From NCBI GenBank assembly GCA_050331235.1, contig JBHJHA010000006.1:1-53878 (forward strand): a stretch of 53,878 nucleotides of DNA, read 5' to 3'. Position 1 is the first letter of the stretch, and each line of letters opens with the position of its first letter. Below are positions 1 to 9,465 of this stretch, piece by piece. This stretch comes from Leptolyngbyaceae cyanobacterium. Lineage in GTDB: Bacteria; Cyanobacteriota; Cyanobacteriia; Phormidesmidales; Phormidesmidaceae. The notes under the pieces are model-generated. The model was not told the DNA's origin. It worked only from the letters and a program-made list of their open reading frames with translations, and did no database searches. The translations under genes and the position numbers were made by a program.

Positions 1-671
1 ACAACTAGGGCTTCTTGTGCCGGATCTGACAAATCGTCGTTCTGCACTTGCAATACATCGAGAATGATCTGCTTGGCAGTAGCGATATCATCGCCGTAGC
101 CAATGCCAATGTCGTACTGCAGGCGGCGCTTTTCGTAGGCGGTATTGACCGTGACTGAGTTAGTGAACAATTCACCATTGGGGATCACTACCCGACGCCC
201 ATCATAGGTGCGAATGGTCGTTGCTCGGGTCTGAATCCGTTCGACCGTGCCCTCATAATCGCCAAAGACAATTTGGTCGTCTAGCTGAAAAGGCTCGGTC
301 AGCAAAATTAAAATGCCCGCGAGAAAGTTTTGCAATACGTCGCGAAAGGCAAAGCCAATAGCGACCCCGCCGATACCTAAGGTGGCCAATAAATCAGCAG
401 GCTGAAAGCTGGGAAAGACGATAGTCAGGGCAATCAACAGACCCAGAATAATCAGTGCGCCTTGGGCCAAACGACCGAAGACAAGGCCAAAATTGCGAGA
501 CTTTTTACGCCCACTTGCAAGCCGTTTGACCAAGTTGCGGAGCAACCGAGCCGCAATCCAAAAAATGACGAAGACAATGATGCCTAAGATTAAGCTCGGC
601 AACAGCTTGATGGCATACTCCGTCATGGAAGCAATCTTTTGCCAGGCTAGCGAGAGGGAAACGTCATCCAT
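1..671 (-). CDS. Small-conductance mechanosensitive channel (MscS family), 3' end runs off window
   Basis: Not in the ORF track. Manual translation from ATG at 671: MDDVSLSLAWQKIASMTEYAIKLLPSL...LGIGGVAIGFAFRDVLQNFLAGILILLTEPFQLDDQI...EGTVERIQTRATTIRTYDGRRVVIPNGELF, which is the MscS TM3 and beta-domain signature. Confidence 0.9.
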   Translation of the reverse strand, partial: MDDVSLSLAWQKIASMTEYAIKLLPSLILGIIVFVIFWIAARLLRNLVKRLASGRKKSRNFGLVFGRLAQGALIILGLLIALTIVFPSFQPADLLATLGIGGVAIGFAFRDVLQNFLAGILILLTEPFQLDDQIVFGDYEGTVERIQTRATTIRTYDGRRVVIPNGELFTNSVTVNTAYEKRRLQYDIGIGYGDDIATAKQIILDVLQVQNDDLSDPAQEALV

Positions 672-791
672 AGCGATATGAATCGATAATCAATATTTTC
701 CCGAATCTATCAAACGGCTCTAATCCACGAAATCTATCCGCAGACAGTCGTTCTACCCTGAAATCATCGATGGCTGGAGCGATCGCTCAAC

Positions 792-1823
792 TTACAGCAC
801 AAACAGCAACATCACAGCTAAGTAAACACCGTAAAGGCCAACCAGGACTCCCACCTCCCACAGCTCAAAGCTGTTATCCTGCTGCCCCCATTGGATAAAG
901 GCAGCATACACTCCCCCCAAAAGCGCGACAAAAAATAGATTAACGGCAAATAAGCGACCATCTTGAATGGGCACATTGACCAGCGCCAAGGGAAAAAAGG
1001 CCAGGGTCATGGTGGCAATATTATCGGCAATGACGCTGGTGGTCGCCGCCGTGACCTGGCCGCTGCGGGCAATGCTCCAAGTGGCAAAAACCTCGGGGGC
1101 AATACTCAGGGTGGAAGTGATCAACAGTCCCCCAATCAGCTCTGAGATGCCCAAAATTGCGACAATGTTTTCAGTCGCAACCACAATCAGATAAGCCCCG
1201 ATCGCCAGCGCGAGCATACCGCCGATCGCACCCCAAAGTTCTGGGGGATGCCACTTGACTGGCTGCGGCGGCTGGCGTTTTCGACCTAGTGCCTGCCCCA
1301 CATAAATCCCGTAGGCAGCCAGCATGATCCACCCGTCAATGGGCTGTAGTCCTCGCCACGATGGGGGAATTGTGAGGATCGCGGCGAGGGCAATCACGGC
1401 CAAGTAAGGGATCGCTTGAATGGTCAGGGCCTCGGGCTTGACGCGCAAGGCCCGCCAAGAGTCGACGCGAGTCAGCCGAGACGTTGATCGGGGCGATCGC
1501 GGCCCCTTGTAACCATTCATTGAGTCCTGAGGAGACTGGGTTTGAGAGGCTAGATACGCCACGCCGACGATCGCTGGTACCGAGATGATGTTGCTGCCGA
1601 GCAAATTACCGAGACCGATGTCTGACAACCCCTTTAGCGCGCTCGCCGAGTTAGTCCCAATCTCAGGACTGGCTGTGGCCAACGCCACAAAGGCGGCCCC
1701 AGCGGCTTCGGAAAACCCCCAGCGGGTCCGTAACTTTTGTAGCGGTACCGAAAGCCGGTCAGCTCCCCAATGGGCCGCAAAAATCGCTCCCATCAGCAAT
1801 GCACTCCACAGCAGTAAGCCCAT
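792..1823 (-). CDS. Ca2+/cation antiporter (CaCA, YrbG-like Na+/Ca2+ exchanger family)
   Basis: About 10 hydrophobic helices; alpha-repeat motifs ALATASPE...GNLLGSNI and STLSIAPE...VIADNI. Confidence 0.85.
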   Translation of the reverse strand: MGLLLWSALLMGAIFAAHWGADRLSVPLQKLRTRWGFSEAAGAAFVALATASPEIGTNSASALKGLSDIGLGNLLGSNIISVPAIVGVAYLASQTQSPQDSMNGYKGPRSPRSTSRLTRVDSWRALRVKPEALTIQAIPYLAVIALAAILTIPPSWRGLQPIDGWIMLAAYGIYVGQALGRKRQPPQPVKWHPPELWGAIGGMLALAIGAYLIVVATENIVAILGISELIGGLLITSTLSIAPEVFATWSIARSGQVTAATTSVIADNIATMTLAFFPLALVNVPIQDGRLFAVNLFFVALLGGVYAAFIQWGQQDNSFELWEVGVLVGLYGVYLAVMLLFVL

Positions 1824-1911
1824 AGCTGGTTACGTCTCATAAATACAGCATCATCCAGCACGGGGACGCGCGCCCCCATCCATTAGCGTTTGTTCCAGTC
1901 AGCGAATGAGC

Positions 1912-2694
1912 TCAGGCCCATTGCAACATCAACGGCGGCAGCCAACCAAAGCGAACACCAACGGCCAAGACAAAAACCGCAACAGAACCGACTAAGAAAC
2001 TAATATCCAAAGAATCAATTTTCGGGAGGTTGAGCTTTTTACGGCGCTTAGTGGCCGAAAAGCCCCGCATCTCCAACACGCTCATCATTGGCATCGCCCG
2101 CCGCAGAACTGAAATGATCGTTGGCACCATCAGCAATGGGATGCCAGTAATCCACGTCATCGGATTGCGAATCTCCAGGTCGACACCCTTAGCCCGCATA
2201 GCGTTGGCAATGCGAAACACATCGTCGGCACTACGATACACCAGCAAAAAGACATACTCCACCACGAAACAAATAAACTCAGGTAGCCCTAAGCCCCTGA
2301 GGCCATCGGCAAGCTCTTTGACGGTCATCGTCGAAACGAGGCTGACGCTGACAAATAAAGCCGCCGACCACGCCAGAGAAAGGCGACCCCCAAATGCCAA
2401 GCGTCCACTATATTCCAACCCTCCTGAAGCGATCAGTTGGCCAATAATGGGAACTAGCACTAAAGCCAAAATATTCGGCAGTTGCAATAGCCACAAAACC
2501 AAGAGAAATCGCTTGGGCATTTGGGAAATCAGAGCCAGCAAGAGTCCCAAAACGGTCATTCCCAACATCCACTGCCAGGTAGGAGCAAAATACAAAAATA
2601 AGACTAAAAAAACGAACATCAAAATCTTGATACGGGCATCTCGGCGGTGCAAGATCGTATCTTTGTCGTTGTAAATAATGGGGACACGAGCCAT
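1912..2694 (-). CDS. ECF transporter transmembrane (T) component, CbiQ/EcfT family
   Basis: LHRRDARIKI N-terminus; coupling-helix motifs AMRAKG and LEMRGF; its ATG directly abuts the ATPase stop (TAAATG). Confidence 0.88.
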   Translation of the reverse strand: MARVPIIYNDKDTILHRRDARIKILMFVFLVLFLYFAPTWQWMLGMTVLGLLLALISQMPKRFLLVLWLLQLPNILALVLVPIIGQLIASGGLEYSGRLAFGGRLSLAWSAALFVSVSLVSTMTVKELADGLRGLGLPEFICFVVEYVFLLVYRSADDVFRIANAMRAKGVDLEIRNPMTWITGIPLLMVPTIISVLRRAMPMMSVLEMRGFSATKRRKKLNLPKIDSLDISFLVGSVAVFVLAVGVRFGWLPPLMLQWA

Positions 2695-4410
2695 TTATGC
2701 GACCTCCTGTAGTGACGTGGATGCAGCTTCGACAACTTTGACGCTGATGGCTCTACCGCCTAGCCGTTGAGCGGCTTGGGCAGCCATGGGCGGACACACT
2801 GACCATTGGGCTAGCTGCTCCCAGTTTTCCGGGGCAAATACCCGATGCAGGCTATCCTGCATAGCAATCTGGCCATCGTAAATCACTGAAACGGTGTCTG
2901 CGACATGGCAGGCAAAATCCATAGCGTTGTTGACCAAAATGATGGCTTTGCCCTGTTCTTTAAGTTTAAAAATCAACGCTTGTAGATGCTGACGCGAAGG
3001 CGCATCGAGACTAACGCAGGGTTCATCGAACACCACTATGTCAGGATCGAGGGCGAGTGAGGCAGTAATCGCTACGAGCTTGCGATAGCCCATGGGCAAA
3101 GCGGTGGGATCTTGCTCCAGCAGTTTTTCGTCGAGCTGAATGCGATCGCACGCCCGTTGCGCAGCCTGCTCAATATCCCCATCACTGTACCGCTGCTCTT
3201 TAGAAAACCACCCAGTGGACCGATACTGACGGCGCTCTAGGGGAAACTTGATTTCGGCTAAAACCGTACGCTCACTGAGCTGTTCATCAGGGTTTTGCTG
3301 CGCGGCCCCAATGCTGTTAGCCAGATTAAAGACTTTTGCTTTCGTTGTCGGCTGGCCACATACCGTGACAGTGCCAGAAAGCGGTTTGCATATGCCCATC
3401 ATCAGCTTTACTAGGGTCGATTTTCCAGCACCGTTACCGCCTACGATGGTGTGCACTTCCCCCCGACGTACCTCTAGGTTGGCGTTCTCAATTGCGCGGG
3501 TGCCGTCCTCGTACTCATAGGCCACGTTCTCCAGTCGCAAAACGGTTTCACCAAAGGACGGATCGTCGTCTGCGGTTGGCTCCGGGAGCGGCCCAATTTG
3601 GTCAGCCGCTTGCGACAGCTCATCCAGGCTCAGTGGTGCAGACGAAATCCCTACGGCCTGTGCCACGCGAGTGTAAATGGGGATTTCTACCTGAGCCTCG
3701 GCAAGCAAATTGTGATCGCGCAGCAGCTCACTGGCTTTGCCGTACCCCATCATCTTGCCGTCTTTCAAAATCAAGGCCTGATCGGCAATTTCTACGATTT
3801 GGTTGATGTCGTCTTCGACCACGACGATGGTCGTATCCCCAGCCAAATCGACCATGATTTCGCGGACATCTTGACGAGTTTTGGGGTCGAGCATACCGGT
3901 CGCACTGTCAAAAATGATGACGGCGGGCTGCATCGCCAAGATCGCTGCGATCGCAATCCGCTGTTGCTGTCCTCCCGAGAGCTCCCAAGTTCGCCGATTT
4001 TCAATTTCGTCGGGCGCTAAGCCCACTTGAGAAAGCAAATAGCGAGCGCGATCGTAAGCTTCCCCTTCCGGCACAGTTTGGTTGAGCAGAGGCGCCATTA
4101 CTTCGTGAATGACTCTGACCTGGGTAAGTTGTGAACTGTAATCTGCAAACACTAAACCTACCGACTTTGCCATTTCATAGCCAGCTGTTTCGGCCGGATT
4201 ACGATTATCAATTTCCAGAGCCCCTGCCAGGGTGCCTCCGGTAAATCTAGGGGCAAATCCGGCCAATATGCGACAGAGGGTTGACTTGCCCGCTCCCGTG
4301 GGGCCAATGACGCCTAAGATTTGTCCCCGTTCCAGGTGAAACGACACATCATCTAAGACCTTGCGATCAGAATCGGGATAAGAAAAAGAGAGATTTTCAA
4401 CAGAAATCAT
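2695..4410 (-). CDS. ECF transporter fused tandem ATPase (A-A')
   Basis: Two ABC domains with Walker A GPTGAGKST and GGNGAGKST; LSGGQQQR signature in domain 1; adjacent to the T component. Confidence 0.9.
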   Translation of the reverse strand: MISVENLSFSYPDSDRKVLDDVSFHLERGQILGVIGPTGAGKSTLCRILAGFAPRFTGGTLAGALEIDNRNPAETAGYEMAKSVGLVFADYSSQLTQVRVIHEVMAPLLNQTVPEGEAYDRARYLLSQVGLAPDEIENRRTWELSGGQQQRIAIAAILAMQPAVIIFDSATGMLDPKTRQDVREIMVDLAGDTTIVVVEDDINQIVEIADQALILKDGKMMGYGKASELLRDHNLLAEAQVEIPIYTRVAQAVGISSAPLSLDELSQAADQIGPLPEPTADDDPSFGETVLRLENVAYEYEDGTRAIENANLEVRRGEVHTIVGGNGAGKSTLVKLMMGICKPLSGTVTVCGQPTTKAKVFNLANSIGAAQQNPDEQLSERTVLAEIKFPLERRQYRSTGWFSKEQRYSDGDIEQAAQRACDRIQLDEKLLEQDPTALPMGYRKLVAITASLALDPDIVVFDEPCVSLDAPSRQHLQALIFKLKEQGKAIILVNNAMDFACHVADTVSVIYDGQIAMQDSLHRVFAPENWEQLAQWSVCPPMAAQAAQRLGGRAISVKVVEAASTSLQEVA

Positions 4411-4517
4411 CTGAGATGTTCAACCTCGAACAGTTGATGCTTGACGGCATTCCACGTCCTTGAATATTTGGCTCTGTGATCGATTTAGGGATCCGCTATC
4501 GACCTGACCACAAATTC

Positions 4518-4621
4518 AAAATAAATCAAAGCAGAGCTTGCCCCACTTTGATTATTTTCAAAAAAGTGTTCCTTATTCAACAAAAGAAGCACGCACCATT
4601 CGTCTTTTGTTGAATAAGGAA
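4518..4621 (-). terminator. Tandem stem-loops between the ECF S gene and the ATPase gene (terminator or mRNA-stabilising element)
   Basis: Perfect 19-bp inverted repeat TTCCTTATTCAACAAAAGA (4569-4587) / TCTTTTGTTGAATAAGGAA (4603-4621), followed on the minus strand by CACTTTTTT. A second imperfect hairpin lies at 4518-4558. Confidence 0.7.
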
Positions 4622-4649
4622 AAATGAGCAATCACAGCATTACTCGCGA

Positions 4650-5249
4650 TTACATGCGAATCCGAAAACGAGTTCGTGCAGTAGTGCCGCTTTCACGCTG
4701 AGCAGGGGAGTATCCCAACAAACGCTCCACCCGACCATATAGGAGAGGAACAACCATCAACAAAGGAATCGCGCCGAGAGCAATGCCATGAGTAAACGTA
4801 TTTCCTAACAGGGCCCGTAGAGCGACAGGGAAGCCTTCTTCACCAAAAATCATCAGAGCGGCTGCCTCAAAAGCGGCCTGTACAGCAGCGCCAACGATCG
4901 CCCCAAACACAAGCAGCATTTTGTTTTTCGGCTGATTTCTAAAGATGTAGCCGGCAACCGCAAAGCCAACTATGTAGCCGATAAAACCAAACGGATCGTC
5001 TACCTCGTAACCCTCAATCAGATCTAGAAACCCTTCACCGACTGCAGCCCCGAACCCGGCAGCCCAAGTAGGTCCACCTAACGGCAAAAGTGCAATAATT
5101 GCGTAAACGATAAAGAAAGGCTTCCAGTCAATATCAACTGGAATTTCAGGAATTCGCTCAAAAATCAGGAGTCCAATTGCAAATAGAACGGCAGTAATAC
5201 CAGTAACTGTGATCAGTTTTACAAAGCTTGAGTTATTCGAATTTGCCAC
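4650..5249 (-). CDS. Putative ECF substrate-specific (S) component
   Basis: 199 aa, about 6 TM helices, glycine/alanine-rich (GFGAAVGEG, GAIVGAAVQ); GTG start with GGAGG SD; first gene upstream of the ECF A and T genes. Confidence 0.75.
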   Translation of the reverse strand: MANSNNSSFVKLITVTGITAVLFAIGLLIFERIPEIPVDIDWKPFFIVYAIIALLPLGGPTWAAGFGAAVGEGFLDLIEGYEVDDPFGFIGYIVGFAVAGYIFRNQPKNKMLLVFGAIVGAAVQAAFEAAALMIFGEEGFPVALRALLGNTFTHGIALGAIPLLMVVPLLYGRVERLLGYSPAQRESGTTARTRFRIRM

Positions 5250-5989
5250 CTTAAACCTCCAGCAGCGCGTAGTTTCAAGCTGGCAGGTAGGGATTCAGGT
5301 AGCATCGTTCGGACTCAATATCCCAACCAATACTAAATGAACCTTTCGACAAAATCTAAAACTTTATAGGTTTCATCGGTGTCCGCCAACATGTCTATAA
5401 AGTATTGGAAGTGAAATTTATCAATCTTTAATAGACGTCAAAAATTCAATTAATTGGATATTAAATCAAAGAATCTACGTCTACAGCGTCAATTTAAATT
5501 CCTTTTCTATGCCCCTTTAGATACATTAGGTCCTCCAACTTTGAGTAGAATTCAATAGCAATTCATCTTATATTGCTTGCGTTAAGGAGTATCGGACTTC
5601 AGCAAAACCGTATCGATGAGATGATTGGTTGAATAAAACGCAATCATCTAGACCTTTAGTTCCAGAAAGGCTCATAGATATTCATCGTCTAAACCTTGAA
5701 AATTTGATATCAGATTATAAGTCCTCTATTGATTGCAACTGACGATTGTTGAGAGTTAGTCAGTTTTCTGAAAAATTAATGTTCCAGGTCTCGCATCAAT
5801 TAATCCACCATAATTGGAGGCCTGATTGCTGAAGGCCGCAATCAGGCTGTGTGGCATAGAGCCATAACCACTAGGCTGATGGACGCGAGAAAGCACCCGC
5901 CATCGCCTAGAGCCGTTGAGCACCAGCGAAATTTGATTGGGTCGTCATCCTAGTGCGGTGTGGGGACATTTAGCAGCGCGCCCTCTTGC

Positions 5990-7087
5990 TCAGGCGTTTG
6001 TCGCCTGCTGGTGGATTAATTTCTGCACACTGATCAGAGCTCGATTAAGCTCCGGGCCTTTAATCTGAGGTTGGTTGAGATAAGCTGCTTGTTCTTGCTC
6101 AAGCATCAACACATCTTGAGCGACTAAGCCGTCTAGCAGCCCAGTGGCAGCGCCAAACATCCTGTTTTTGACCCAGCGGCGAAATGCGATAGGCAGCTTA
6201 TGGAGCCGATGAAAGGGTTTTAGTGAAGTGAAGTGAATTAAATAAGCGTGGGTGTGAGTTAAGTCAACGGGGCAAAACAGACAGCAAATTTTGAAGTCTT
6301 GGCCCAATGTCGCAACCCAGTGGGGATAGACATAGCTGACCCGCAGCTCTTCTGGGTGGAGCTGCCGGAGGGCCGGAAAGAACAGCTGCGACACCGACCA
6401 AATCTTGTCAATGCGATAGTAGCTCTGAGCATTGTAGAGCACATCTACACGCTGGTCGGTGGTCTCTAGGTTGGCCAGAACTGGATCAGCCCAAGCTTGT
6501 AGGTCGTCGTGTAGACGCCCATGGTACATGTCTACCAAATTCTCAATCAGAAAAGAGTAATGGGCCTTAACGTCAATGATGGCAACGCTAGCAATGTAGT
6601 TGAGGTCATCCCACTCGGGCAGTTCCATGGGTTGGATATCTTCCCGGATAAGCCGTTCGCGATCGCCCGGAAATAGCCAGATAAACCCGTCTTGTTCTCG
6701 CGCAGGGTAGGTTTTGACCTGACAGCTAGGAAGCTTTTGATCAGCGGCCAAATAGGGAACGTGGGTGCAGTGGCCGGCAGCATTGAACTGCCAACCATGA
6801 TAAATACATTCCAAGTTGCCCTCGGTGACCTCGCCCTCGCTCAGCTTGACCTGGCGGTGGGGACAGCGATCTTCAAGGGCCTGAATGTCACCGTTGGGTC
6901 CCCGAAACAGCACGATCGCCTCACCCCACAGCACCACGCCATGGGGGCGATCAGTCACCTCCGTGGAGCGAGCGACCACATACCAGTGATGGGGATTAAT
7001 GCCCAGCGATCGCACATCTTGGCGGCCCGCAGGGCGGCTAGCAGCTTCAGGGGTCGATTGAGAGGGCAAAGCAACCATGGCGGACAT
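5990..7087 (-). CDS. cruH: Rieske non-heme iron oxygenase, probable chi-carotene C18 hydroxylase (CruH-like)
   Basis: Rieske CPHR...CIYHGW; mononuclear Fe motif ENLVDMYHGRLH; immediately downstream of the cruE-like gene. The symbol rests partly on context. Confidence 0.65.
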   Translation of the reverse strand: MSAMVALPSQSTPEAASRPAGRQDVRSLGINPHHWYVVARSTEVTDRPHGVVLWGEAIVLFRGPNGDIQALEDRCPHRQVKLSEGEVTEGNLECIYHGWQFNAAGHCTHVPYLAADQKLPSCQVKTYPAREQDGFIWLFPGDRERLIREDIQPMELPEWDDLNYIASVAIIDVKAHYSFLIENLVDMYHGRLHDDLQAWADPVLANLETTDQRVDVLYNAQSYYRIDKIWSVSQLFFPALRQLHPEELRVSYVYPHWVATLGQDFKICCLFCPVDLTHTHAYLIHFTSLKPFHRLHKLPIAFRRWVKNRMFGAATGLLDGLVAQDVLMLEQEQAAYLNQPQIKGPELNRALISVQKLIHQQATNA

Positions 7088-7157
7088 AACTCCTCAAAGG
7101 TTTTGAGCGAACATTTTGAGTGGGGTCGGTCTGAGTTTGTGTAGAAAATCTTAGCAG

Positions 7158-9116
7158 CTAGATTTTGAGGGCACCCTCAGGATTAACCGACAAAATGGGA
7201 CGTCGCTGGGCACCTTCTTGATGCAGGATGGTATTCGCCGCCATCAGGCCACTACTCACGGCGCGTTCCATCAAGCCGCAGGGAAAGGGCATCTTAACCC
7301 AGTCACCGGCAAATAATAAGTTAGATGCAGCGGTTTGGGTGGCAGGGCGATTGGCAAAGCTTCCAGGAGGATATCCGGCAAAGTTTTTTTGATTGACCAG
7401 CTGCATATGTAACAACTGCGCCTCCTGCAATTCCGGAACGATTTCAAACAGCTCGGCCCGAAACGTCGCTAGCAGCTCCTCTTGGGTCGGAAACTCGGTC
7501 TCTTTATAGCCGTAGGCATGCAGCTCCACAACGCTGCCCCCGGTTCTTTCCGCCCATTGGATGTAATCCTCCTGAATACGGTGATATAGGGTGATGCTGT
7601 CGGTCAGGCGATAGCCAGACAACGACGCAAACAGGCTGTGGTTCCACTCAAAGTCTCGATCAAACCAAAAGCGCCCCACCGCAAAGGGATCGGCCACCTG
7701 CAGTTCATTGACTTGGGTGACCACAGTGGGTTCTATGGTGCCAGTAGATAGCGATAGCAAATGCTTGATTCCAGGAATATCAGCGGCCAGCACGTAATAA
7801 TCAGCCTCTAGGGTTTCAGTCGTACCGGGTGCAGACTCATCCATCACGGCCAGAAGCTGAACGCGATCGCCTTGGCGGTCAAGCACCCGATAGCGGGTCA
7901 GATTATCTTGAGCTGGTCCGCTCAGCACTGTGCCGTCGGCGGCATACATCGCGCCATGGCAGGGACAAGCGTAGCTTCCATCGACGCTGGCATTCACCGT
8001 TTGATGCACGGTACAGCCCTGGTGCGTGCAGGTCAAAGAGAGTGCTTCCTGGCTGCCAGGGCGATGGCTAAACACGCGATCGCCGCTGCCAAAGTACTCA
8101 ATCTCTGCGGTACTGAGTAACGGATTGCGATCGACCCAAAAAGGAGCCAGATCTTCAGCGATCGTACCCTGTCGATAGGTGACGTGGCTAATCTGGCCAT
8201 CCTGCCAACCGAGCTGATTGACCATGGCTCCCGTGATCACCTGCCCCCCATTCTCCCGAATGGCGTTGGCAATGGGATCGACTAAGCTCCGCCCCATATC
8301 CTGACAAGTTCCATTGAAAGCCAGCCCTTCTGGGTTGCCAAAAAAGTAGAAGTGGAAAAACTGCATCAGTTCGCCGACACTCATGGCGTCGGGCGCATTC
8401 ATCGTAGCTTTAGCAAAGGGAAGGAAATAGAGATCAAACAGCCCTTGGGGAAAATCTTCCTTGACCCATTCCGTTACGGAAAACTGATCCAGCCGCTCAA
8501 AACTTTGGGGAATCCCAAAGCCGGTAATTTCCCGAAAGACTTGCAGGTGCTTGAAGTTGGTCAAGTTAATCCCCCACTTCAGCCGATTAGGCGAGTTCAC
8601 CGCGAGGTCAACGATATTCCAAGGAAAGGCTGAATGGCTGGGGCGGAAGTCTTCTGTCTGGTAGCCATCTTTATAAACGACAGAGTAGTAGTCCAGCGAT
8701 TTAAAGTTCCGGCGGACCTGCAGCTCTTCGACCACGCTAAAGAGGTTGTAATACTGCGGGAAAAAGCCATGGAACCCGTGTTCCATCATGAGCTGCTCAT
8801 CCCCTACCTGCACTGGCCAGCTAGCAATCTTGCCACCAAGCTGGGGCGATCTTTCCAAAAGCGTCACCTGAACGCCGCGCTGACTGAGTTCATAAGCGGC
8901 AGCGAGTCCGGCCAGACCACCACCCACCACCACTGCCTTAAGGTCGCGTCCTGGCTGGCGCGGGAGATCAAGCGTGTCTTTTTGATGCACCGTGGGCTCA
9001 GGTTTGCTAAATCGGGAGTAGCCTAATCCGGCAGCAAGGGTACCAAATCCAAAAAGTTTAAGAACACTGCGACGCGACAGGGTTTGCAGAGGAGAAAGTT
9101 CCGGAAGTGGGGACAT
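7158..9116 (-). CDS. cruE: FAD-dependent carotenoid desaturase/methyltransferase with inserted Rieske domain (CruE/CrtU family)
   Basis: GGGLAGLAAA FAD motif, EHGFHGFFPQYYN, internal Rieske CTHQGC...CPCHG, C-terminal FAGDW...LMERAVSSG. Start placed at ATG 9116 (MSPLPEL). Confidence 0.8.
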   Translation of the reverse strand: MSPLPELSPLQTLSRRSVLKLFGFGTLAAGLGYSRFSKPEPTVHQKDTLDLPRQPGRDLKAVVVGGGLAGLAAAYELSQRGVQVTLLERSPQLGGKIASWPVQVGDEQLMMEHGFHGFFPQYYNLFSVVEELQVRRNFKSLDYYSVVYKDGYQTEDFRPSHSAFPWNIVDLAVNSPNRLKWGINLTNFKHLQVFREITGFGIPQSFERLDQFSVTEWVKEDFPQGLFDLYFLPFAKATMNAPDAMSVGELMQFFHFYFFGNPEGLAFNGTCQDMGRSLVDPIANAIRENGGQVITGAMVNQLGWQDGQISHVTYRQGTIAEDLAPFWVDRNPLLSTAEIEYFGSGDRVFSHRPGSQEALSLTCTHQGCTVHQTVNASVDGSYACPCHGAMYAADGTVLSGPAQDNLTRYRVLDRQGDRVQLLAVMDESAPGTTETLEADYYVLAADIPGIKHLLSLSTGTIEPTVVTQVNELQVADPFAVGRFWFDRDFEWNHSLFASLSGYRLTDSITLYHRIQEDYIQWAERTGGSVVELHAYGYKETEFPTQEELLATFRAELFEIVPELQEAQLLHMQLVNQKNFAGYPPGSFANRPATQTAASNLLFAGDWVKMPFPCGLMERAVSSGLMAANTILHQEGAQRRPILSVNPEGALKI

Positions 9117-9465
9117 GTATTCCGCAATCGATAGACAGTACGTAAAGTTCGAGCTAGTCAACCACCGGCGAGTGGGCAATCATCGCTTATGACCATGCCG
9201 CAAAAACTCGCTAAAACAGGCGATATCTAGGAATTTCTTAAAATATATGGCGTAAATCTTAACAGGAGTCCGAAACCTTAGAGCGCCGCTTTTTTTATTA
9301 TTCACTGACGACTGATTAATCTTTTTTATAATTGCCGCTCAAGGTCTCCTATTTGCCTAGGGGTCGGTTTATCCAACGTCATGGGAGCGATCGCCAAGAT
9401 CCCCCCCTCACTGACACAACAGGGATGCTCCTAGTGGCTAAGTACGGAGTTCTCGCCCAAGAGGA

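Noticed and set aside
2030..2674. 214-aa plus-strand ORF
   Set aside because: Antisense shadow of the ECF T gene; no recognisable motifs.
5250..5400. Possible TPP, cobalamin or glutamine riboswitch ahead of the S gene
   Set aside because: The conserved cores of these riboswitches were not found by eye.
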